A DNA stretch of 11,027 nucleotides from a virus, in the UHGV virus genome UHGV-0176277. One strand, given 5' to 3'. Shown piece after piece: positions 5,964 to 11,027 of the stretch; position 1 is the first letter of the stretch; each line of letters begins with the position of its first letter. The notes under the pieces are model-generated. The model did not search any database. It was not told the origin of the DNA and saw nothing but the letters and a program-made list of their open reading frames with translations. Position numbers and translations under genes: made by a program.

Positions 5964-6233
5964 ATGATGAAGTTCAAATTGAACGATGAAGTTAAATGGT
6001 CAAGCTCATCAAACGGTGTAACGAAGGTAAAAATAGGGTTTATCGTCGAGGTGATCCCTCCTGGTGTCAACGTAAAAAAATTCGAACTAGGCCGTCTGCT
6101 AAATGCCCCTGGCCTTCCGAGGAAAGAAGAGAGCTATATAGTTTGTGTAGGTCCAAGACCCGGATCTCGTGCCAAGCCAAAATATTACTGGCCGCGAGTT
6201 AATAACCTGCGTCACTTACACGATGACAAATAG
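5964..6233 (+). CDS. Hypothetical protein (about 89 aa) immediately downstream of N (position of lambda ral)
   Basis: ATG at 5964 and 5967 follow a GAGG SD; translation MMKFKLNDEVKWSSSSNGVTKVKIGFIVEVIPPGVNVKKFELGRLL...; no family recognised by eye. Confidence 0.55.
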   Translation: MMKFKLNDEVKWSSSSNGVTKVKIGFIVEVIPPGVNVKKFELGRLLNAPGLPRKEESYIVCVGPRPGSRAKPKYYWPRVNNLRHLHDDK

Positions 6234-6290
6234 AAGTGAATATCATTGTTTTACTTTTTCGCAGCAAACCACTTATTTGATGACTGATAC

Positions 6291-6533
6291 ATGAGAGTAA
6301 AAACCATGGGCGCAAGCCCATTAAGTGGTCGTATTTTTCAAGGAACATTAAACACTGAAAAAGGAATGTGGGTGGGAAAGAAAGAAGATGTAACCGAACA
6401 GGCAGTTAAGGCAGTAGCTGAACACCTGATGATAAAAGACCAAAAATATGCATACGAAACGAAGGATGGCAAATGGCTGATAATAAGTCATCAACTGGTT
6501 GATAAATTACCAGAAGAGTTTGTTGATGGTTAA
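6291..6533 (+). CDS. Hypothetical protein (75-80 aa), PL operon
   Basis: ORF with possible starts at 6291 (no SD) and 6306 (GAGAG 8 nt upstream, MGASPLSGRIF...); soluble and charged, no recognisable motif. Confidence 0.5.
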   Translation: MRVKTMGASPLSGRIFQGTLNTEKGMWVGKKEDVTEQAVKAVAEHLMIKDQKYAYETKDGKWLIISHQLVDKLPEEFVDG

Positions 6534-6661
6534 ATTTGCTTTGGCATAAACAACAGAATAAACATTGCACTGTGTATTCATTCCAACGAGTGAATACACG
6601 GAGCAATGTCGCTCGTAACTAAACAGGAGCCGACTTGTTCTGATTATTGGAAATCTTCTTT

Positions 6662-6686
6662 GCCCTCCAGTGTGAGGGCTTTTTTA
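6662..6686 (+). terminator. Rho-independent terminator within the PL operon (tL-like), upstream of cIII
   Basis: GCCCTC-CAGTGT-GAGGGC hairpin (6662-6679) followed by TTTTTT (6680-6685). Confidence 0.7.
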
Positions 6687-6751
6687 TATGCATACCAATA
6701 ACGCTTCACGAGAGGCATTTTCGTTATGCAATCAAACAGAAGGAGCATCCT

Positions 6752-6922
6752 ATGCAACAGTTCGCTATTGCAGGGGCGGCATCGGTTCGCCCTTTCAACC
6801 CGATTTTATCGGTACAGCATTCACGAAAAAACATTTTAACCGGAGCAGACTTTAAACAACCAAGAATGAAAAGCTTGCTCGAAAAGCTTTGGGATATTTT
6901 GAAACAACAAGGCCGTCCATGA
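6752..6922 (+). CDS. cIII: CIII-like protein (56 aa; FtsH/HflB protease inhibitor that stabilises CII)
   Basis: MQQFAIAGAA... N-terminus and ...SLLEKLWDILKQQGRP parallel lambda CIII (MQYAIAGW...LRDGWKRLIDILNQPGVP as I recall it); AGGAG SD 6 nt upstream of ATG 6752. Confidence 0.65.
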   Translation: MQQFAIAGAASVRPFNPILSVQHSRKNILTGADFKQPRMKSLLEKLWDILKQQGRP

Positions 6923-7077
6923 GTTTTACGGATAACTGGTCAGACGAAGAATTCATTCGTCAGATGAAAGAATTAATCGGTAACGAAGGAGATATTCATG
7001 TCACTTGCAACTACAGTGAAGGAGAGCAAGTTACAGAGACGCATGTACACGCAGAAAGCTCTCTGGTATCGCCATAA
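6919..7077 (+). CDS. Hypothetical small acidic protein (52 aa) at the kil-equivalent position
   Basis: ATG at 6919 overlaps the cIII-like stop (ATGA); translation MSFTDNWSDEEFIRQMKELIGNEGDIHVTCNYSEGEQ...; no similarity to lambda Kil that I can see. Confidence 0.45.
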   Translation: MSFTDNWSDEEFIRQMKELIGNEGDIHVTCNYSEGEQVTETHVHAESSLVSP

Positions 7078-7176
7078 TGGCGACCGCGAAGGAATGCGGG
7101 TATGCCTTAATTTGTCCCGAGTCGAAGTATTAAATCAGCGTTATTTTCTTGGGCCATGTCCATTCTGAGGTGATTT

Positions 7177-7884
7177 ATGGATTTGAATAAATTAGATGAG
7201 CCATTCTGCCCTGAAGATATCGAATGGCGAATACAGCAAAGCGGTAAAACACGCGATGGCAAGGTGTGGGCTATGGTGCTGGCTTATGTCACGAACCGGG
7301 CAATCATGAGACGCCTGGACGATGTTTGCGGCAAAGCAGGATGGCGCAATGAATACCGCGATATTCCCAACAACGGAGGCGTTGAATGCGGCATATCAAT
7401 CAGGATTGATTCCGAATGGGTAACCAAATGGGATGCCGCTGAAAACACGCAGGTAGAAGCCGTCAAAGGCGGTCGTTCCGGTGCAATGAAGCGCGCTGCC
7501 GTTCAGTGGGGAATCGGTCGGTATCTGTATAACCTTGAGGAAGGTTTCGCACAAACATCTCTCGATAAAAAGCAGGGATGGCACAGGGCAAAACTCAAGG
7601 ATGGAACAGGATTTTACTGGCTCCCTCCATCGCTGCCGGGATGGGCAATACCAGCATCAGATAACAAACCATCACCAGAAAATACCAACCAGAAATCTCC
7701 ATCGGTTGACTGCGAACAAATCCTGAAAGACTTCAGCGATTATGCGTCAACAGAAACTGACAAGAAAAAACTCATCGAGCGTTATCAGCGTGACTGGCAA
7801 TTAATGGCTGGCAACGAGGAGGCGCAGGCTAAATGCGTTCAGGTAATGAACATCAGAGTTAACGAACTAAAACAGGCGGCATAA
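7177..7884 (+). CDS. Single-strand annealing protein, Rad52/22 superfamily (phage recombinase)
   Basis: Central block GKAGWRNEYRDIP...GGVECGISIRID...GAMKRAAVQWGIGRYLYNL resembles the Rad52-family annealing-domain signature; GAGGTGA SD; immediately followed by ssb. Confidence 0.75.
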   Translation: MDLNKLDEPFCPEDIEWRIQQSGKTRDGKVWAMVLAYVTNRAIMRRLDDVCGKAGWRNEYRDIPNNGGVECGISIRIDSEWVTKWDAAENTQVEAVKGGRSGAMKRAAVQWGIGRYLYNLEEGFAQTSLDKKQGWHRAKLKDGTGFYWLPPSLPGWAIPASDNKPSPENTNQKSPSVDCEQILKDFSDYASTETDKKKLIERYQRDWQLMAGNEEAQAKCVQVMNIRVNELKQAA

Positions 7885-8358
7885 ATGGGAAGTAGAGGCG
7901 TAAATAAGGTGATCATTATTGGTCGCCTTGGGCATGATCCAGAAATCAGATATTCACCATCAGGAACGGCATTTGCAAACCTTACAGTTGCTACGTCAGA
8001 ACAATGGCGTGATAAGCAAACTGGAGAGCAAAAGGAGCAGACGGAGTGGCACCGTGTGGTAATGAGCGGGAAACTGGCAGAAATTGCCAGCGAATATCTG
8101 CGAAAAGGCTCTGAGGTTTATCTTGAAGGCAAATTACGGACAAGAAAATGGCAGGATCAAAGCGGACAGGATAGGTTCACTACCGAAGTCATCGTGGGCG
8201 TTGGTGGAACCATGCAAATGCTTGGTGGCAAGCAAGGAGGCAATGAACAGTCTTCACCTCAGCGAAATAACGGTCAGCAACAAAGACAGCAGCCTCAGCA
8301 GCAGGGAAATCACAGCGAACCACCTATGAACTTCGACGATTCGGATATTCCGTTCTAG
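7885..8358 (+). CDS. ssb: Single-stranded DNA-binding protein (phage-encoded SSB)
   Basis: [59 protein letters not shown]... is near-colinear with E. coli SSB; Gly/Gln-rich linker and acidic tail DDSDIPF. Confidence 0.95.
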   Translation: MGSRGVNKVIIIGRLGHDPEIRYSPSGTAFANLTVATSEQWRDKQTGEQKEQTEWHRVVMSGKLAEIASEYLRKGSEVYLEGKLRTRKWQDQSGQDRFTTEVIVGVGGTMQMLGGKQGGNEQSSPQRNNGQQQRQQPQQQGNHSEPPMNFDDSDIPF

Positions 8359-8367
8359 GAGCTGAAT

Positions 8368-8847
8368 ATGAAAATCTGCTCAAGATGCCATCAACAGAAG
8401 GAAGAAAGGGACTTTCAAATCAGAAGAGCATCCAGAGATGGATTAACTGCCGCTTGCCGTGCTTGCCTGGCTGAATACGACAAAGAACGCGCTGGATTGC
8501 CACATCGAGTATCAGCAAGGAGAGAATATCAATCATCGGAACGCGGCAGAGAACGGTGTAACGCAGCCAAAAAGCGGTTCATTCAGAGCAACCCATGGAA
8601 AAGAAAAGCCCACATCATTGTGGGTAATTTTTTGCGCGACGGTAAGCTAATCCGACCACCACAATGTGAGTGCTGCGGATCAGAATGTAAACCACAGGCG
8701 CACCACTGCGACTACAGTAAACCAACCGATGTGATGTGGCTCTGCAAGTCATGTCATGTCGAGTGGCACAAACATAACAAACCTATCTACCCAGATGAGG
8801 AACCAGTAACTCTCCCCTTCCCTCGTCACGCTATTCACGCAATTTAA
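8368..8847 (+). CDS. Cysteine-rich zinc-binding protein with an HNH-like motif (putative HNH nuclease or zinc-ribbon protein)
   Basis: N-terminal CSRCH...CRAC pair; C-terminal CECCGSEC...AHHCDY...WLCKSCHVEWHKH resembles the CxxC...HH...CxxCH arrangement of HNH nucleases but lacks a clear Asn; AGGAG SD 6 nt upstream. Confidence 0.5.
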   Translation: MKICSRCHQQKEERDFQIRRASRDGLTAACRACLAEYDKERAGLPHRVSARREYQSSERGRERCNAAKKRFIQSNPWKRKAHIIVGNFLRDGKLIRPPQCECCGSECKPQAHHCDYSKPTDVMWLCKSCHVEWHKHNKPIYPDEEPVTLPFPRHAIHAI

Positions 8848-8860
8848 TCAGGAGAAAATC

Positions 8861-9157
8861 ATGCCAGCGCCTCTGTATGGTGCGGATGACCCGCGCCGCT
8901 GTTCCGGCAATTCCGTATCGGAGGTGCTGGATAAATTCAGAAAAAACTACGACCTGATAATGTCTCTACCGCAGGAAACGAAAGAGGAAAAGGAATTTCG
9001 CCACTGTATATGGCTTGCAGAGAAAGAAGAACGCGAGCGAATTTACCAGACATCAATCCGACCATTCCGCAAAGCCACATATACCCACTTCCCTGAATAT
9101 ATCGACCCGCGCCTGCGTAATTACCGCTCACGCTATTGCGCTATCAGTAATGACTGA
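8861..9157 (+). CDS. Hypothetical protein (98 aa)
   Basis: AGGAG SD 6 nt upstream of the ATG; ORF fills the gap between flanking genes; no recognisable motif. Confidence 0.55.
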   Translation: MPAPLYGADDPRRCSGNSVSEVLDKFRKNYDLIMSLPQETKEEKEFRHCIWLAEKEERERIYQTSIRPFRKATYTHFPEYIDPRLRNYRSRYCAISND

Positions 9158-9167
9158 GGAATTAACA

Positions 9168-9458
9168 ATGAAAACAATGAAGCTAAACATCGACCTCGGA
9201 AAATACGTTATTACCGTAACCAAACACGATCTGATTCTTAGCGAAAGAGGAATTATCAAAGAAGGCGAGAATGCAGGGAAAGAAACACTAAGCCGTATCG
9301 GTTATTACAGCAAGTTTGAGCATCTGGTTAAAGAGTTATGCAACCGTGAAATTCTGTTATCTCAGGCGCGGACGCTACAGGATATTCAGCAGCATATCGA
9401 AGCTTTAGGTATGTCACTTAGCATGGCTATTGACCAGTTCGTGGAGAGTAAATCATGA
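9168..9458 (+). CDS. Hypothetical protein (96 aa)
   Basis: ATG at 9168 with GAGGAA SD; the track's 147-aa ORF from 9015 overlaps the previous gene in another frame, so the internal start is preferred. Confidence 0.55.
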   Translation: MKTMKLNIDLGKYVITVTKHDLILSERGIIKEGENAGKETLSRIGYYSKFEHLVKELCNREILLSQARTLQDIQQHIEALGMSLSMAIDQFVESKS

Positions 9459-9622
9459 GAGGACTTGCATACAATCCCGGCATTCTTCCGGCAGAAATGA
9501 TTATTCGCCAACGCGTAAAGCCAATGCCATCGAGAGAGGAATTACTTAAGAGAAATTCTTTTCCATCAGTGAATGAAAACAAATATCTGAATGCGATGTG
9601 GCGCAAAGGAGGCAGCCAGTGA
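9455..9622 (+). CDS. Small hypothetical protein (55 aa), absent from the supplied ORF track
   Basis: ATG at 9455 overlaps the upstream stop (ATGA) with GGAGAG SD 6 nt upstream; its TGA stop overlaps the next gene's GTG start (GTGA); translation [55 protein letters not shown]. Confidence 0.45.
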   Translation: MRGLAYNPGILPAEMIIRQRVKPMPSREELLKRNSFPSVNENKYLNAMWRKGGSQ

Positions 9623-10263
9623 CTAACCGTTTTTACATGATGTGCTCGCGTGAAACTGTGGGCAATAACGCTTCATTCCATTGCCATAACGGCAATGGTT
9701 ACAGTTCTGATATCGATCGCGCTCATGTTTACACGCTGGAAGAAGCCCAAAAAGCCTGGAATTGTGGGCGAGATATCGATCAGCCTGTTTGCGCTGATAG
9801 CGTGGATGCAATGGCAGTGTGGCACGTTGATTGCCAGTACATCCCTACAGAAAGCCTGATTGAGTCAGATTGCACTGCGTATGTGGCCTACAAAAAAGGT
9901 AGCTGGAACGGCAACGATGTTTACTGGCTTCAACACGGTGGATTGCCAACAGATGACTTCAGTAAAGCGACCATCTTTAGCGTCGCCAACAAAAACGAAC
10001 CAGGAATAGTTTGGTTGCCATTTTCCATTGCTGATGCAGCAAAGCGCAGGACGTTCAATATCAATAACTTTAACCGCAGAACAATGGTTCAGGGCGCAGG
10101 TTTGGTCATGCCTGACTGGTTGAAAGAGCAGAACAGAAGAAAGAAGTCGCGAAGCGGGAAGGTGCGTTGGAATTGTCCGCATTGCGGAAAAATCTCCTGG
10201 CAGTACAGCCCATATGATTTTGAAGGCTGTAGTGATTACAACTGTGAAGGATGGCGAGAATGA
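9619..10263 (+). CDS. Hypothetical protein with C-terminal zinc-ribbon motif (about 214 aa)
   Basis: GTG at 9619 preceded by AGGAGG 6 nt upstream (preferred over the track's 9598); C-terminus [29 protein letters not shown] has CxxC...C..C spacing; several additional conserved-looking Cys/His. Confidence 0.6.
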   Translation: MTNRFYMMCSRETVGNNASFHCHNGNGYSSDIDRAHVYTLEEAQKAWNCGRDIDQPVCADSVDAMAVWHVDCQYIPTESLIESDCTAYVAYKKGSWNGNDVYWLQHGGLPTDDFSKATIFSVANKNEPGIVWLPFSIADAAKRRTFNINNFNRRTMVQGAGLVMPDWLKEQNRRKKSRSGKVRWNCPHCGKISWQYSPYDFEGCSDYNCEGWRE

Positions 10264-10673
10264 CAATTGACTATCAGGCACTGCGTGATGCGGCAGAAGC
10301 AATAAAAATAGCAGCCACACCACAAAAATTGCTGGCATTTCGTATGAAGGTCACACCTCAGGTTGTGCTGGCACTACTGGATGAACGGGAAAGGAACCAG
10401 CAATACATCAAATCCCGCGACCAGGAGAACGAGGAAATTGCGCTAACGGTAGGGAAGCTGCGCGTTGAGCTTGAAGCAGAAAAACAGCGGGCAAAAGTTC
10501 TATTTATGGAAAATGCTCGGCTTAAGTCAGGCATAGCCGGTCTGATACACCTCGGTATTCGATATGCAGATGTTGAGGTCATGAAAATTGCTGGAGATGC
10601 CCAGCTTTCTACCCCATGCACTGACAGCATCATAAACAGCATTGCAACAGGCATTCGCATCAAAGGAGAGTGA
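10260..10673 (+). CDS. Hypothetical early-region protein, possibly Ead/Ea22-like (137 aa)
   Basis: ATG at 10260 overlaps the upstream stop (ATGA); [19 protein letters not shown]... N-terminus and central heptad-like charged region (coiled coil) resemble prophage Ea22-like proteins as I recall them. Confidence 0.5.
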   Translation: MTIDYQALRDAAEAIKIAATPQKLLAFRMKVTPQVVLALLDERERNQQYIKSRDQENEEIALTVGKLRVELEAEKQRAKVLFMENARLKSGIAGLIHLGIRYADVEVMKIAGDAQLSTPCTDSIINSIATGIRIKGE

Positions 10674-10674
10674 G

Positions 10675-11027
10675 ATGGCCACTTTCACCGACAAAGAACT
10701 GATTAAAGAAATCAAAGAGCGAATCGGCAGTCTGGACGTGCGAGACAATATTGAGCGCCGGGCTTATGAAATTGCTCTGGCATCGCTGGAAGCGGAGCCT
10801 GTAGCGTCATGCATTATTGAAGATGGGGGGATGTGTGTTGACGGGTTCGGTGAGTATGTGGGTCACTCGCTGCCTGATGGAACGCACCAGCTTTACACTG
10901 CCCCTCCAGTGCCGGTAGTGCCGGAAGAAGCAACTCCGGAAAACGTAGAAATGCTCTCTGGCTATGTTTCCACGTACAAATTAACCGATAGCGAGCGCGA
11001 TATTGCTGCCGGAATATGGAACGCCTG
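10675..11027 (+). CDS. Hypothetical protein, 5-prime part only (continues beyond window end), possibly Ea22-like
   Basis: ATG at 10675, 1 nt after the previous stop; open with no stop for 117 codons to the window edge (MATFTDKELIKEIKERIGSLDVRDNIERRAYEIALASLEAEP...LYTAPPVPVVPEE...). Confidence 0.5.
   Translation, partial: MATFTDKELIKEIKERIGSLDVRDNIERRAYEIALASLEAEPVASCIIEDGGMCVDGFGEYVGHSLPDGTHQLYTAPPVPVVPEEATPENVEMLSGYVSTYKLTDSERDIAAGIWNA

Larger units (their letters stand above)
1..11027. mobile_element. Lambdoid phage/prophage early region (immunity, replication, recombination, nin modules); both ends continue beyond the window
   Basis: Gene order ninB - helicase - O-like - cII - cro - OR - cI - OL/PL - nutL - N - cIII - annealing protein - ssb matches lambda-family early region architecture; cII and oop are near-identical to lambda as I recall them. 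Confidence 0.9.

Noticed and set aside
5789-6202. 93-aa minus ORF and 68-aa plus ORF overlapping N and the following gene
   Set aside because: Alternate-frame or antisense overlaps of better-supported plus-strand genes with SDs.
6406-6606. 66-aa minus-strand ORF
   Set aside because: Antisense to the 6291-6533 ORF with no SD; kept only as a caveat because the 6563-6608 hairpin could terminate a leftward transcript.
6647-6751. N-terminal extension of the cIII-like ORF (track start 6647)
   Set aside because: The extension would begin inside the terminator hairpin at 6662-6686; the internal ATG at 6752 has an AGGAG SD and gives a CIII-sized product.
7284-7726. Short ORFs on both strands inside the annealing-protein gene
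   Set aside because: Embedded in or antisense to a gene with a clear Rad52-family signature.
8084-8650. Alternate-frame plus ORFs inside ssb and the Cys-rich protein gene
   Set aside because: Out-of-frame overlaps of well-supported genes.
8937-9131. 64-aa minus-strand ORF
   Set aside because: Antisense to the 8861-9157 ORF; no SD.
9623-10748. Minus-strand ORFs (62, 157, 101 and 73 aa) and a 69-aa plus alternate-frame ORF in the 9600-10750 region
   Set aside because: All are antisense or out of frame relative to the translationally coupled plus-strand gene chain; the 157-aa ORF is hydrophobic/Leu-rich in a way typical of antisense frames and has no start context.

Overview
This window is the early control region of a lambdoid (lambda-like) temperate phage or prophage, in reverse orientation to the conventional lambda map. 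Minus strand (PR operon), right to left: cro (3676-3870), nutR/tR1, a near-lambda-identical cII (3274-3567) with the antisense oop RNA and PRE, an O-like replication initiator carrying the origin iterons (2203-3093), a DnaB-family helicase (777-2213), an intrinsic terminator, a 68-aa membrane ORF at the ren position, ninB (46-492) and the start of a further nin gene. Plus strand: cI repressor (3977-4693) apparently leaderless from PRM, a 122-aa membrane protein co-transcribed with cI at the position lambda uses for rexAB (4711-5079), OL/PL, nutL, a long structured leader, N (5653-5958), two small unknown ORFs, a terminator, cIII-like (6752-6922), a Rad52-family annealing protein plus SSB (7177-8358), a Cys-rich HNH-like protein, and a chain of translationally coupled unknown ORFs to the window end. 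The strongest candidates for an undescribed function are the cI-linked membrane protein at the rex-equivalent locus, the small membrane ORF at the ren position, the unknown ORFs between N and cIII, and the Cys-rich protein and coupled ORFs downstream of ssb. All protein identities come from reading the translations and recalling family motifs; no database search was run.
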